The notes beneath the pieces are model-generated. The model ran no database searches. It had not been told where the DNA came from and worked only from the letters and a program-made list of their open reading frames with translations. The position numbers were made by a program, and so were the translations under genes. DNA of 64,000 nt, taken from Paragordius varius (Eukaryota; Animalia; Nematomorpha). Every line of letters starts with the position of its first letter. The first letter of the stretch is position 1. The DNA lies in assembly GCA_964247055.1 (NCBI GenBank), contig OZ176054.1, positions 10,168,001 to 10,232,000 of the forward strand, in the 5' to 3' direction. Below, one piece after another: positions 1-18,000 of this stretch.

Positions 1-3000
1 CAAATATAGTGCCTAAAAATATTTTAGTACTCCCAACAATCCACCATATTTTTCAACAATCAAAATATATTAACATTCATATTATATCAACCAATAATAT
101 TTTAGTATTCGCACAATCAACAATATTTTTTCAACCATCAAATAATATTTCCAATAATTAAAATATATTACCCAAAAATATTTTTGTATTCCCAACAATC
201 AACCATATTTGTTCAACAATCAAATAATATTTCAAATAATCAAAATATACCCGATAAAAATTTAGTACTCCTAACAATCCACCATATTTTTCAACAATCA
301 AAATATATTAACATTCATATTATATAAACCAATAATATTTTAGTATTCCCACTATCAACCATATTTTTTCAACAATCAAATAATATTTCCTTTAATTAAA
401 ATATACTACTCAATAATATTTAGTATCCCCAACAATCAACCATATTTTTTTAACAACTAAATAATATTTCCAATAATTAAAATATATTACCCAAAAATAT
501 TTTTGTATTCCCAACAATCAACCATATTTTTCAACAATCGAATAATATTTCCCTCAATCAAAATATACCCAATAATATTTTAGTATTCCCAAAAATCAAC
601 CATATTTTTTTAACAGTGAAATTATATTTCCCACAATCAATATATATTACGTAAAAAACTTTTTAGTATTCCCAAAAATCAACCATATTTTTTCAACAAT
701 CAAATAATATTTACAATAATTAAAATATATTACCCAAAAATATTTTTGCATTCCCAACAATCAACCATATTTTATCAACAATCAAATAATATTTCAAATA
801 ATCAAAATATAGTGCCTAAAAATATTTTAGTACTCCTAACAATCCACCATATTTTTCAACAATCAAAATATATTAACATTCATATTATATAAACCAATAA
901 TATTTTAGTATTCCCACAATCAACCATATTTTTTCAACAATCAAATAATATTTCCTATAATTAAAATATACTACCCAATAATATTTAGTATTCCCAACAA
1001 TCAACCATATTTTTTTAACAACTTAATAATATTTCCAATAATTAAAATATATTACCCAATAAAATTTTAGTACTCCCAACAATCCACCATATTTTTCAAC
1101 AATTAAATAATACTTCCAATAATAAAAATATATTACCCAATAATATTAATTTCCAACAATCAACCATATTTTTTCAACTATCAAATAATATTTAAAATAA
1201 TCAAAATATATTACCCAAAAATATTTTAGTCCAACAATCAACCATATTTTTCAACAATCAAATAATATTTCCCACAATCAAAATATACCCAATAATATTT
1301 TAGTATTCCCATCAATCAACCATATTTTTTCAACAATCAAATAATATTTCCAATAATTAAAATATATTACCCAAAAATATTTTTGTATTCCCACAATCAA
1401 CCATATTTTTTCAACAATCGAATAATATTTCCTATAATTAAAATAGAATACCCAATAATATATAGTATTCCCAACAATCAACCATATTTTATCAACAATC
1501 AAATAATATTTCAAATAATCAAAATATAGTGCCTAAAAATATTTTAGTACTCCCAACAATCCATAATATTTTTCAACAATCAAAATATATTAACATTCAT
1601 ATTATATAAACCAATAATATTTTATTTTAGTATTCGCACAATCAACCATATTTTTTTCAACCATCAAATAATATTTCAAATAATCAAAATAGGGTGCCTA
1701 AAAATATTTATTATACCCAACAATCCACCATATTTTTCAACAATCGAATAATATTTCCCACAATCAAAATATACCCAATAATATTTTAGTATTCCCAAAA
1801 ATCAACCATATTTTTTCAACAATCAAATAATATTTACAATAATTAAAATATATTACCCAAAAATATTTTTGTATTCCCAACAATCAACCATATTTTATCA
1901 ACTATCAAATAATATTTCAAATAATCATAATATAGTGCCTAAAAATATTTTAGTATTCCCAACAATCCACCATATTTTTCAACAATCAAAATATATTAAC
2001 ATTCATATTATATAAACCAATAATATTTTAGTATTCCCACAATCAACCATATTTTTTCAACAATCAAATAATATTTCCTATAATTACAATATACTACCCA
2101 ATAATATTTAGTATTCCCAACAATCAACCATATTTTTTTAACAACTAAATAATATTTCCAATAATTAAAATATATTACCCAAAAATAATTTTGTATTCCC
2201 AACAATCAACCATATTTTTCAACAATCGAATAATATTTCCCACAATCAAAATATACCCAATAATATTTTAGTATTCCCAAAAATCAACCATATTTTTTTA
2301 ACAGTGAAATAATATTTCCCACAATCAAAATATATTACGTAAAAAACTTTTTAGTATTCCCAAAAATCAACCATATTTTTTCAACAATCAAATAATATTT
2401 CAAATAATCAAAATATAATGCCTAAAAATATTTTAGTATTCCCAACAATCCACCATATTTTTCAACAATCAAAATATATTAACATTTATATTATATAAAC
2501 CAATAATACAATCAACCATATTTTTATAAAATATCAAATAATATTTCAATAATTAAAATATATTACCCAAAAATATTTTTGTATTCCCAAAAATCAACCA
2601 TATTTTTTCAACTATCAAATAATATTTTAAATAATCAAAATATACCCAATAAAATTTTAGTACTCCTAACAATCCACCATATTTTTCAACAATCAAAATA
2701 TATTAACATTCATATTATATAAACCAATAATATTTTAGTATTCCCACAATCAACCATATTTTTTCAACAATCAAATAATATTTCCTATAATTAAAATATA
2801 CTACCCAATAATATTAATATTCCCAACAATCAACCATATTTTTTTAACAACTTAATAATATTTCCAATAATTAAAATATATTACCCAATAAAATTTTAGT
2901 ACTCCCAACAATCCACCATATTTTTCAACAATTAAATAATACTTCCAATAATAAAAATATATTACCCAATAATATTAATTCCCATCAATCAACCATATTT

Positions 3001-6000
3001 TTTCAACGATCAAATAATATTTCCAATAATCAAAATATATTACCCAAAAATATTTTAGTCCAACAATCAACCATATTTTTCAACAATCAAATAATATTTC
3101 CCACAATCAAAATATACTAACAATAATATATAGTATTCCCAACAATCAACCATATTTTTTAAACAACTAAATAATATTTCCAATAATTAAAATATATTAC
3201 CCCAAAATATTTTAGTATTCCCAACAATCAACCATATTATATCAACAATCAAATAATATTTCAAATAATCCAAATATAGTGCCTAAAAATATTTTAGTAC
3301 TCCCAACAATCCACCATATTTTTCAACAATCAAAATATATTAACATTCATATTATATCAACCAATAATATTTTAGTATTCGCACAATCAACAATATTTTT
3401 TCAACCATCAAATAATATTTCCAATAATTAAAATATATTACCCAAAAATATTTTTGTATTCCCAACAATCAACCATATTTGTTCAACAATCAAATAATAT
3501 TTCAAATAATCAAAATATACCCGATAAAAATTTAGTACTCCTAACAATCCACCATATTTTTCAACAATCAAAATATATTAACATTCATATTATATAAACC
3601 AATAATATTTTAGTATTCCCACAATCAACCATATTTTTTCAACAATCAAATAATATTTCCTTTAATTAAAATATATTACCCAAAAATATTTTTGTATTCC
3701 CAACAATCAACCATATTTTTTCAACAATCAAATAATATTTCCTATAATTACAATATACTACCCAATAATATTTAGTATCCCCAACAATCAACCATATTTT
3801 TTTAACAACTAAATAATATTTCCAATAATTAAAATATATTACCCAAAAATTTTTTGTATTCCCAACAATCAACCATATTTTTCAACAATCGAATAATATT
3901 TCCCTCAATCAAAATATACCCAATAATATTTTATTATTCCCAAAAATCAACCATATTTTTTTAACAGTGAAATTATATTTCCCACAATCAATATATATTA
4001 CGTAAAAAACTTTTTAGTATTCCCAAAAATCAACCATATTTTTTCAACAATAAAATAATATTTACAATAATTAAAATATATTACCCAAAAATATTTTTGC
4101 ATTCCCAACAATCAACCATATTTTATCAACAATCAAATAATATTTCAAATAATCAAAATATAGTGCCTAAAAATATTTTAGTACTCCCAACAATCCACCA
4201 TATTTTTCAACAATCAAAATATATTAACATTCATATTATATAAACCAATAATATTTTAGTATTCGCACAATCAACTATATTTTTTCAACCATCAAATAAT
4301 ATTTACAATAATTAAAATATATTACCCAAAAATATTTTTGTATTCCCACAATCAACCATATTTTTTCAACAATCAAATAATATTTCCTATAATTATACTA
4401 CCCAATAATATTTTTGTATTCCCAACAATCAACCATATTTTTCAACAATCGAATAATATTTCCCACAATCAAAATATACCCAAAAATATTTTAGTCCAAC
4501 AATCAACCATATTTTTCAACAATCAAATAATATTTCCCACAATCAAAATATACCCAATAATATTTTAGTATTCCCATCAATCAACCATATTTTTTCAACA
4601 ATCAAATAATATTTACAATAATTAAAATATATTACCCAAAAATATTTTTGTATTCCCAACAATCAACCATATTTTATCAACTATCAAATAATAAATCAAA
4701 TAATCAATATATACCCAATAATATTTTAGTATTCCCAACAATCAACCATATTTTTCAACAATCAAATAATATTTCCCACAATCAAAATATACCCAATAAT
4801 ATTTTAGTATTCCCAAAAATCAACTATATTTTTTCAACAATCAAATAATATTTACAATAATTAAAATATATTACCCAAAAATATTTTTGTATTCCCAACA
4901 ATCAACCATATTTTTTCAACTATCAAATAATATTTCCAATAATCAAAATATATTACCCAAAAATATTTTAGTCCAACAATCAACCATATTTTTCAACAAT
5001 CAAATAATATTTCCCACAATCAAAATATACCCAATAATATTTTATAATTCCCATCAATCAACCATATTTTTCCAACGATCAAATAATATTTAAAATAATT
5101 AAAATATATTACCCAAAAATATTTTTGTATTCCCACAATCAACCATATTTTTTCAACAATCAAATAATATTTCCTATAATTAAAATATACTACCCAATAA
5201 TATATAGTATTCCCAACAATCAACCATATTTTTTAAACAACTAAATAATATTTCCAATAATTAAAATATATTACCCCAAAATATTTTAGTATTCCCAACA
5301 ATCAACCATATTTTATCAACAATCAAATAATATTTTAAATAATCTAAATATAGTGCCTAAAAATATTTTAGTACTCCCAACAATCCACCATATTTTTCAA
5401 CAATCAAAATATAATAACATTCATATTATATCAACCAATAATATTTTAGTATTCGCACAATCAACCATATTTTTTCAACCATCAAATAATATTTCAATAA
5501 TTAAAATATATTACCCAAAAATATTTTTGTATTCACAAAAATCAACCATATTTTTTCAACTATCAAATAATATTTCAAATAATCAAAATATACCCAATAA
5601 AATTTTAGTACTTATAACAATCCACCATATTTTTCAACAATCAAAATATATTAACATTCATATTATATAAACCAATAATATTTTAGTATTCCCACAATCA
5701 ACCATATTTTTTCAACAATCAAATAATATTTCCAATAATTAAAATATATTACACAAAAATATTTTTGTATTGAAACAAACCATATTTTTCAACAATCGAA
5801 TAATATTTACAATAATTAAAATATATTACCCAAAAATATTTTTGTATTCACAAAAATCAACCATATTTTTTCAACTATCAAATAATATTTCAAATAATCA
5901 AAATATACCCAATAAAATTTTAGTACTTATAACAATCCACCATATTTTTCAACCAAAATATATTAACATTCAAATTATATAAACCAATAATATTTTAGTA

Positions 6001-9000
6001 TTCCCACAATCAACCATATTTTTTCAACCATCAAATAATATTTCAATAATTAAAATATATTACCAAAAATATTTTTGTATTCATAAAAATCAACCATATT
6101 TTTTCAACAATCAAATAATATTTCCCACAATCAAAATATACCCAATAATATTTTAGTATTCCCAACAATCAACCATATTTTTTCAACAATAAAATAATAT
6201 TTTCCACAATCAAAATATATTACGCAAAAAATATTTTATTCCCAAAAATCAACTATATTTTTTCAACAAACAAATAATATTTACAATAATTAAAATATAT
6301 TACCCAAAAATATTTTTGTATTCCCAACAAACAACCATATTTTTTCAACTATCAAATAATATTTCAAATAATCAAAATATACCCAATAAAATTTTAGTAC
6401 TCCCAACAATCCACCATATTTTTCAACAATTAAATAATACTTCCAATAATAAAAATATATTACCCAATAATATTAATTTCCAACAATCAACCATATTTTT
6501 TCAACTATCAAATAATATTTAAAATAATCAAAATATATTACCCAAAAATATTTTAGTCCAACAATCAACCATATTTTTCAACAATCAAATAATATTTCCC
6601 ACAATCAAAATATACCCAATAATATTTTAGTATTCCCATCAATCAACCATATTTTTTCAACAATCAAATAATATTTCCAATAATTAAAATATATTACCCA
6701 AAAATATTTTTGTATTCCCACAATCAACCATATTTTTTCAACAATCAAATAATATTTCCTATAATTAAAATATAATACCCAATAATATATAGTATTCCCA
6801 ACAATCAACCATATTTTATCAACAATCAAATAATATTTCAAATAATCAAAATATAGTGCCTAAAAATATTTTAGTACTCCCAACAATCCATAATATTTTT
6901 CAACAATCAAAATATATTAACATTCATATTATATAAACCAATAATATTTTAGTATTCGCACAATCAACCATATTTTTTTCAACCATCAAATAATATTTCA
7001 AATAATCAAAATATAGTGCCGAAAAATATTTATTATACCCAACAATCCACCATATTTTTCAACAATCGAATAATATTTCCCACAATCAAAATATACCCAA
7101 TAATATTTTAGTATTCCCAAAAATCAACCATATTTTTTCAACAATCAAATAATATTTTATATAATTAAAATATACTACCCAATAATATTTAGTATTCCCA
7201 ACAATCAACCATATTTTTTCAACGATCAAATAATATTTAAAATAATTAAAATATATTACCCAAAAATATTTTTGTATTCCCACAATCAACCATATTTTTT
7301 CAACAATCAAATAATATTTCCTATAATTAAAATATACTACCCAATAATATATAGTATTCCCAACAATCAACCATATTTTTTAAACAACTAAATAATATTT
7401 CCAATAATTAAAATATATTACCCCAAAATATTTTAGTATTCCCAACAATCAACCATATTTTATCAACAATCAAATAATATTTCAAATAATCAAAATATAG
7501 TGCCTAAAAATATTTTAGTACTCCCAACAATCCACCATATTTTTCAACAATCAAAATATATTAACATTCATATTATATCAACCAATAATATTTTAGTATT
7601 CGCACAATCAACCATATTTTTTCAACCATCAAATAATATTTCAATAATTAAAATATATTACCCAAAAATATTTTTGTATTCACAAAAATCAACCATATTT
7701 TTTCAACTATCAAATAATATTTCAAATAATCAAAATATACCCAATAAAGTTTTAGTACTTATAACAATCCAACATATTTTTTAACAATCAAAATATATTA
7801 ACATTCATATTATATAAACCAATAATATTTTAGTATTCCCACAATCAACCATATTTTTTCAACAATCAAATAATATTTCCAATAATTAAAATATATTACC
7901 CAAAAATATTTTTGTATTCCCACAATCAACCATATTTTTCAACAATCGAATAATATTTACAATAATTAAAATATATTACCCAAAAATATTTTTGTATTCA
8001 CAAAAATCAACCATATTTTTTCAACTATCAAATAATATTTCAAATAATCAAAATATACCCAATAAAATTTTAGTACTTATAACAATCCACGATATTTTTC
8101 AACAATCAAAATATATTAACATTCATATTATATAAACCAATAATATTTTAGTATTCCCACAATCAACCATATTTTTTCAACCATCAAATAATATTTCAAT
8201 AATTAAAATATATTACCCAAAATATTTTTGTATTCCCACAATCAACCATATTTTTTCAACAATCAAATAATATTTCCTATAATTAAAATATAATACCCAA
8301 TAATATATAGTATTCCCAACAATCAACCATATTTTTTCAACAATCAAATAATATTTCCCACAATCAAAATATACCCAATAATATTTTAGTATTCCCAACA
8401 ATCAACCATATTTTTTCAACAATGAAATAATATTTTCCACAATCCAAATATATTACGCAAAAAATATTTTATTCCCAAAAATCAACTATATTTTTTCAAC
8501 AATCAAATAATATTTACAATAATTAAAATATATTACCCAAAAATATTTTTGTATTCCCAACAATCAACCATATTTTTTCAACAATCAAATAATATTTCCT
8601 ATAATTAAAATATACTACCCAATAATATATAGTATTCCCAACAATCAACCATATTTTTTAAACAACTAAATAATATTTCCAATAATTAAAATATATTACC
8701 CCAAAATATTTTAGTATTCCCAACAATCAACCATATTTTATCAACAATCAAATAATATTTACAATAATTAAAATATATTACCCAAAAATATTTTTGTATT
8801 CACAAAAATCAACCATATTTTTTCAACTATCAAATAATATTTCAAATAATCAAAATATACCCAATAAAATTTTAGTACTTATAACAATCCACGATATTTT
8901 TCAACAATCAAAATATATTAACATTCATATTATATAAACCAATAATATTTTAGTATTCCCACAATCAACCATATTTTTTCAACCATCAAATAATATTTCA

Positions 9001-12000
9001 ATAATTAAAATATATTACCCAAAAATATTTTTGTATTCCCACAATCAACCATATTTTTTCAACAATCAAATAATATTTCCTATAATTAAAATATAATACC
9101 CAATAATATATAGTATTCCCAACAATCAACCATATTTTTTCAACAATCAAATAATATTTCCCACAATCAAAATATACCCAATAATATTTTAGTATTCCCA
9201 ACAATCAACCATATTTTTTCAACAATGAAATAATATTTTCCACAATCAAAATATATTACGCAAAAAATATTTTATTCCCAAAAATCAACTATATTTTTTC
9301 AACAATCAAATAATATTTACAATAATTAAAATATATTACCCAAAAATATTTTTGTATTCCCAACAATCAACCATATTTTTTCAACTATCAAATAATATTT
9401 CAAATAATCAAAATATACCCAATAAAATTTTAGTACTCCCAACAATCCACCATATTTTTCAACAATTAAATAATACTTCCAATAATAAAAATATATTACC
9501 CAATAATATTAATTTCCAACAATCAACCATATTTTTTCAACTATCAAATAATATTTAAAATAATCAAAATATATTACCCAAAAATATTTTAGTCCAACAA
9601 TCAACCATATTTTTCAACAATCAAATAATATTTCCCACAATCAAAATATACCCAATAATATTTTAGTATTCCCATCAATCAACCATATTTTTTCAACAAT
9701 CAAATAATATTTCCAATAATTAAAATATATTACCCAAAAATATTTTTGTATTCCCACAATCAACCATATTTTTTCAACAATCAAATAATATTTCCTATAA
9801 TTAAAATATAATACCCAATAATATATAGTATTCCCAACAATCAACCATATTTTTTTAACAACTAAATAATATTTTCCACAATCAAAATATATTACGCAAA
9901 AAATATTTTAGTATTCCCAAAAATCAACCATATTTTTTCAACAATCAAATAATATTTACAATAATTAAAATATATTACCCAAAAATATTTTTGTATTCCC
10001 AACAATCAACCATATTTTATCTCCTATCAAATAATAAATCAAATAATCAATATATACCCAATAATATTTTAGTATTCCCAACAATCAACCATATTTTTTC
10101 AACAATGAAATAATATTTTCCACAATCAAAATATATTACGCAAAAAATATTTTAGTATTCCCAAAAATCAACCATATTTTTTCAACAATCAAATAATATT
10201 TACAATAATTAAAATATATTACCCAAAAATATTTTTGTATTCCCAACAATCAACCATATTTTATCTCCTCTCAAATAATAAATCAAATAATCAATATATA
10301 CCCAATAATATTTTAGTATTCCCAACAATCAACCATATTTTTTCAACAATGAAATAATATTTCCCACAATCAAAATATATTACGCAAAAAATATTTTAGT
10401 ATTCCCAAAAATCAACTATATTTTTTCAACAAACAAATAATATTTACAATAATTAAAATATATTACCCAAAAATATTTTTGTATTCCCAACAATCAACCA
10501 TATTTTTTCAACTATCAAATAATATTTCAAATAATCAAAATATATTACCCAAAAATATTTTTGTATTCCCAACAATCAACCATATTTTTTTAACAACTAA
10601 ATAATATTTCCAATAATTAAAATATATTACCCAAAAATATTTTTGTATTCCCAACAATCAACCATATTTTTCAACAATCGAATAATATTTCCCACAATCA
10701 AAATATACCCAATAATATTTTAGTATTCCCAACAATCAACCATATTTTTTCAACAATGAAATAATATTTTCCACAATCAAAATATATTACGCAAAAAATA
10801 TTTTAGTAATCCCCAAAATCAACCATATTTTTTCAACAATCAAATAATATTTACAATAATTAAAATATATTACCCAAAAATATTTTTGTATTCCCAACAA
10901 TCAACCATAGTTTATCAACTATCAAATAATAAATCAAATAATCAATATATACCCAATAATATTTTAGTATTCCCAACAATCAACCATATTTTTTCAACAA
11001 TGAAATAATATTTCCTAGAATCAAAATATATTACGCAAAATTCTAGTATTCCCAAAAATCAACTATATTTTTTCAACGATCAAATAATATTTACAATAAT
11101 TAAAATATATTACCCAAAAATGTTTTAGTATTCCCAAAAATCAACCATATTTTTTCAACTATCAAATAATATTTCAAATAATCAAAATATATTACCCAAA
11201 AATATTTTTGTATTCCCAACAATCAACCATATTTTTTTAACAACTAAATAATATTTCCAATAATTAAAATATATTACCCAAAAATATTTTTCTATTCCCA
11301 ACAATCAACCATATTTTTCAACAATCGAATAATATTTCCCACAATAAAATATACCCAATAATATTTTAGTATTCCCAACAATCAACCATATTTTTTCAAC
11401 AATGAAATAATATTTTCCACAATCAAAATATATTACGCAAAAAATATTTTAGTATTCCCAAAAATCAACCATATTTTTTCAACTATCAAATAATATTTCA
11501 AATAATCAAAATATATTACCCAAAAATATTTTTGTATTCCCAACAATCAACCATATTTTTTTAACAACTAAATAATATTTCCAATAATTAAAATATATTA
11601 CCCAAAAATATTTTTGTATTCCCAACAATCAACCATATTTTTCAACAATCGAATAATATTTCCCACAATCAAAATATACCCAATAATATTTTAGTATTCC
11701 CAACAATCAACCATATTTTTTAACAATGAAATAATATTTTCCACAATCAAAATATATTACGCAAAAAATATTTTAGTACCCCAAAATCAACCATATTTTT
11801 TCAACAATCAAATAATATTTACAATAATTAAAATATATTACCCAAAAATATTTTTGTATTCCCAACAATCAACCATATTTTATCAACTATCAAATAATAA
11901 ATCAAATAATCAATATATACCCAATAATATTTTAGTATTCCCAACAATCAACCATATTTTTTCAACAATGAAATAATATTTCCCACAATCAAAATATATT

Positions 12001-15000
12001 ACGCAAAAAATATTCTGGTATTCCCAAAAATCAACTATATTTTTTCAACGATCAAATAATATTTACAATAATTAAAATATATTAACCAAAAATATTTTTG
12101 TATTCCCAACAATCAACCATATTTTTTTAACTATCAAATAATATTTCAAATAATCAAAATATATTACCCAAAAATATTTTTGTATTCCAACAATCAACCA
12201 TATTTTTTCAACAATCAAATAATATTTCCTATAATTAAAATATACTACCCAATAATATTTAGTATTCCCAACAATCCACCATATTTTTTCAACAATCAAA
12301 TAAAATTTCCCACAATCAAAATATAATTACCCAAAAATATTTTAGTATTCCCAAAAATCAACCATATTTTTTCAACAATCAAATAATATTTACAATAATT
12401 AAAATATATTACCCAAAAATATTTTTTGTATTCCCAACAATCAACCATATTTTTCAAGAATTAAATAATATTTTCCACAATCAAAATATATTACGCAAAA
12501 AATATTTTAGTATTCTTAAAAATCAACCATATTTTTTCAACAATCAAATATTTACAATAATTAAAATATATTACCCAAAAATATTTTTGTATTCCCAACA
12601 ATCAACCATATTTTATCAACTATCAAATAATATTTCAAATAATCAATATATACCCAATAATATTTTAGTATTCCCAACAATCAACCATATTTTTTCAACA
12701 ATGAAATAATATTTTCCACAATCAAAATATATTACGCAAAAAATATTTTAGTATTCCCAAAAATCAACTATATTTTTTCAACAATCAAATAATATTTACA
12801 ATAATTAAAATATATTACCCAAAAATATTTTTGTATTCCCAACAATCAACCATATTTTTTCAACTATGAAATAATATTTCAAATAATCAAAATATACCCA
12901 ATAAAATTTTAGTACTCCCAAAAATCCTCCATATTTTTCAACAATTAAATAATACTTCCAATAATAAAAATATATTACCCAATAATATTAATTTGCAACA
13001 ATCAACCTTATTTTATCAACTATCAAATAATATTTCCAATAATCAAAATATATTACCCAAAAATATTTTAGTCCAACAATCAACCATATTTTTCAACAAT
13101 CAAATAATATTTCCCACAATCAAAATATACCCAATAATATTTTAGTATTCCCATCAATCAACCATATTTTTTCAACAATCAAATAATATTTCCAATAATT
13201 AAAATATACTACCCAATAATATTTAGTATTCCCAACAATCCACCATATTTTTTTAACAATCAAATAATATTTCAATAATTAACATATATTACCCAAAAAT
13301 ATTTTTGTATTCCCAACAATCAACCATATTTTTCAACAATCGAATAATATTTCCCACAATCAAAATATACCCAATAATATTTTAGTATTCCCAACAATCA
13401 ACCATATTTTTTCAACAATGAAATAATATTTTCCACAATCAAAATATACCCAAAAATATTTTTGTATTCCCACAATCAACCATATTTTTTCAACAATCAA
13501 ATAATATTTCCAATAATTAAAATATACTACCCAATAATATTTAGTATTCCCAACAATCCACCATATTTTTTCAACAATCAAATAATATTTCAATAATTAA
13601 CATATATTACCCAAAAATATTTTTGTATTCCCAACAATCAACCATATTTTTCAACAATCGAATAATATTTCCCACAATCAAAATATACCCAATAATATTT
13701 TAGTATTCCCAACAATCAACCATATTTTTTCAACAATGAAATAATATTTTCCACAATCAAAATATATTACGCAAAAAATATTTTAGTATTCCCCAAAATC
13801 AACCATATTTTTTCAACAATCAAATAATATTTACAATAATTAAAATATATTACCCAAAAATATTTTTGTATTCCCAACAATCAACCATATTTTATCAACT
13901 ATCAAATAATAAATCAAATAATCAATATATACCCAATAATATTTTAGTATTCCCAACAATCAACCATATTTTTTCAACAATGAAATAATATTTCCCACAA
14001 TCAAAATATATTACGCAAAAAATATTCTAGTATTCCCAAAAATCAACTATATTTTTTCAACAATCAAATAATATTTACAATAATTAAAATATATTACCCA
14101 AAAATATTTTTGTATTCCCAACAATCAACCATATTTTTTCAACAATCAAATAATATTTACAATAATTAAAATATATTACCCAAAAATATTTTTGTATTCC
14201 CAACAATCAACCATATTTTATCAACTATCAAATAATAAATCAAATAATCAATATATACCCAATAATATTTTAGTATTCCCAACAATCAACCATATTTTTT
14301 CAACAATGAAATAATATTTCCCACAATCAAAATATATTACGCAAAAAATATTCTGGTATTCCCAAAAATCAACTATATTTTTTCAACGATCAAATAATAT
14401 TTACAATAATTAAAATATATTAACCAAAAATATTTTTGTATTCCCAACAATCAACCATATTTTTTTAACTATCAAATAATATTTCAAATAATCAAAATAT
14501 ATTAACCAAAAATATTTTTGTATTCCCAACAATCAACCATATTTTTTTAACTATCAAATAATATTTCAAATAATCAAAATATATTACCCAAAAATATTTT
14601 TGTATTCCAACAATCAACCATATTTTTTCAACAATCAAATAATATTTCCTATAATTAAAATATACTACCCAATAATATTTAGTATTCCCAACAATCCACC
14701 ATATTTTTTCAACAATCAAATAAAATTTCCCACAATCAAAATATAATTACCCAAAAATATTTTAGTATTCCCAAAAATCAACCATATTTTTTCAACAATC
14801 AAATAATATTTACAATAATTAAAATATATTACCCAAAAATATTTTTTGTATTCCCAACAATCAACCATATTTTTCAAGAATTAAATAATATTTTCCACAA
14901 TCAAAATATATTACGCAAAAAATATTTTAGTATTCTTAAAAATCAACCATATTTTTTCAACAATCAAATATTTACAATAATTAAAATATATTACCCAAAA

Positions 15001-18000
15001 ATATTTTTGTATTCCCAACAATCAACCATATTTTATCAACTATCAAATAATATTTCAAATAATCAATATATACCCAATAATATTTTAGTATTCCCAACAA
15101 TCAACCATATTTTTTCAACAATGAAATAATATTTTCCACAATCAAAATATATTACGCAAAAAATATTTTAGTATTCCCAAAAATCAACTATATTTTTTCA
15201 ACAATCAAATAATATTTACAATAATTAAAATATATTACCCAAAAATATTTTTGTATTCCCAACAATCAACCATATTTTTTCAACTATGAAATAATATTTC
15301 AAATAATCAAAATATACCCAATAAAATTTTAGTACTCCCAAAAATCCTCCATATTTTTCAACAATTAAATAATACTTCCAATAATAAAAATATATTACCC
15401 AATAATATTAATTTCCAACAATCAACCATATTTTATCAACTATCAAATAATATTTCCAATAATCAAAATATATTACCCAAAAATATTTTAGTCCAACAAT
15501 CAACCATATTTTTCAACAATCAAATAATATTTCCCACAATCAAAATATACCCAATAATATTTTAGTATTCCCATCAATCAACCATATTTTTTCAACAATC
15601 AAATAATATTTCCAATAATTAAAATATACTACCCAATAATATTTAGTATTCCCAACAATCCACCATATTTTTTTAACAATCAAATAATATTTCAATAATT
15701 AACATATATTACCCAAAAATATTTTTGTATTCCCAACAATCAACCATATTTTTCAACAATCGAATAATATTTCCCACAATCAAAATATACCCAATAATAT
15801 TTTAGTATTCCCAACAATCAACCATATTTTTTCAACAATGAAATAATATTTTCCACAATCAAAATATACCCAAAAATATTTTTGTATTCCCACAATCAAC
15901 CATATTTTTTCAACAATCAAATAATATTTCCAATAATTAAAATATACTACCCAATAATATTTAGTATTCCCTACAATCCACCATATTTTTTCAACAATCA
16001 AATAATATTTCAATAATTAACATATATTACCCAAAAATATTTTTGTATTCCCAACAATCAACCATATTTTTCAACAATCGAATAATATTTCCCACAATCA
16101 AAATATACCCAATAATATTTTAGTATTCCCAACAATCAACCATATTTTTTCAACAATGAAATAATATTTTCCACAATCAAAATATATTACGCAAAAAATA
16201 TTTTAGTATTCCCCAAAATCAACCATATTTTTTCAACAATCAAATAATATTTACAATAATTAAAATATATTACCCAAAAATATTTTTGTATTCCCAACAA
16301 TCAACCATATTTTATCAACTATCAAATAATAAATCAAATAATCAATATATACCCAATAATATTTTAGTATTCCCAACAATCAACCATATTTTTTCAACAA
16401 TGAAATAATATTTCCCACAATCAAAATATATTACGCAAAAAATATTCTAGTATTCCCAAAAATCAACTATATTTTTTCAACAATCAAATAATATTTACAA
16501 TAATTAAAATATATTACCCAAAAATATTTTTGTATTCCCAACAATCAACCATATTTTTTTAACTATCAAATAATGTTTCAAATAATCAAAATATATTACC
16601 CAAAGATATTTTTGTATTCCAACAATCAACCATATTTTTACAACAATAAAATAATATTTCCTATAATTAAAATATACTACCCAATAATATTTAGTATTCC
16701 AAACAATCAACCATATTTTTTTAACAACTAAATAATATTTCCAATAATTAAAATATATTACCCAAAAATATTTTTGTATTCCCAACAATCAACCATATTT
16801 TTCAACAATCGAATAATATTTCCCACAATCAAAATATACCCAATAATATTTTAGTATTCCCAACAATCAACCATATTTTTTAACAATGAAATAATATTTT
16901 CCACAATCAAAATATATTACGCAAAAAATATTTTAGTACCCCAAAATCAACCATATTTTTTCAACAATCAAATAATATTTACAATAATTAAAATATATTA
17001 CCCAAAAATATTTTTGTATTCCCAACAATCAACCATATTTTATCAACTATCAAATAATAAATCAAATAATCAATATATACCCAATAATATTTTAGTATTC
17101 CCAACAATCAACCATATTTTTTCAACAATGAAATAATATTTCCCACAATCAAAATATATTACGCAAAAAATATTCTGGTATTCCCAAAAATCAACTATAT
17201 TTTTTCAACGATCAAATAATATTTACAATAATTAAAATATATTAACCAAAAATATTTTTGTATTCCCAACAATCAACCATATTTTTTTAACTATCAAATA
17301 ATATTTCAAATAATCAAAATATATTACCCAAAAATATTTTTGTATTCCAACAATCAACCATATTTTTTCAACAATCAAATAATATTTCCTATAATTAAAA
17401 TATACTACCCAATAATATTTAGTATTCCCAACAATCCACCATATTTTTTCAACAATCAAATAAAATTTCCCACAATCAAAATATAATTACCCAAAAATAT
17501 TTTAGTATTCCCAAAAATCAACCATATTTTTTCAACAATCAAATAATATTTACAATAATTAAAATATATTACCCAAAAATATTTTTTGTATTCCCAACAA
17601 TCAACCATATTTTTCAAGAATTAAATAATATTTTCCACAATCAAAATATATTACGCAAAAAATATTTTAGTATTCTTAAAAATCAACCATATTTTTTCAA
17701 CAATCAAATATTTACAATAATTAAAATATATTACCCAAAAATATTTTTGTATTCCCAACAATCAACCATATTTTATCAACTATTAAATAATATTTCAAAT
17801 AATCAATATATACCCAATAATATTTTAGTATTCCCAACAATCAACCATATTTTTTCAACAATGAAATAATATTTTCCACAATCAAAATATATTACGCAAA
17901 AAATATTTTAGTATTCCCAAAAATCAACTATATTTTTTCAACAATCAAATAATATTTACAATAATTAAAATATATTACCCAAAAATATTTTTGTATTCCC

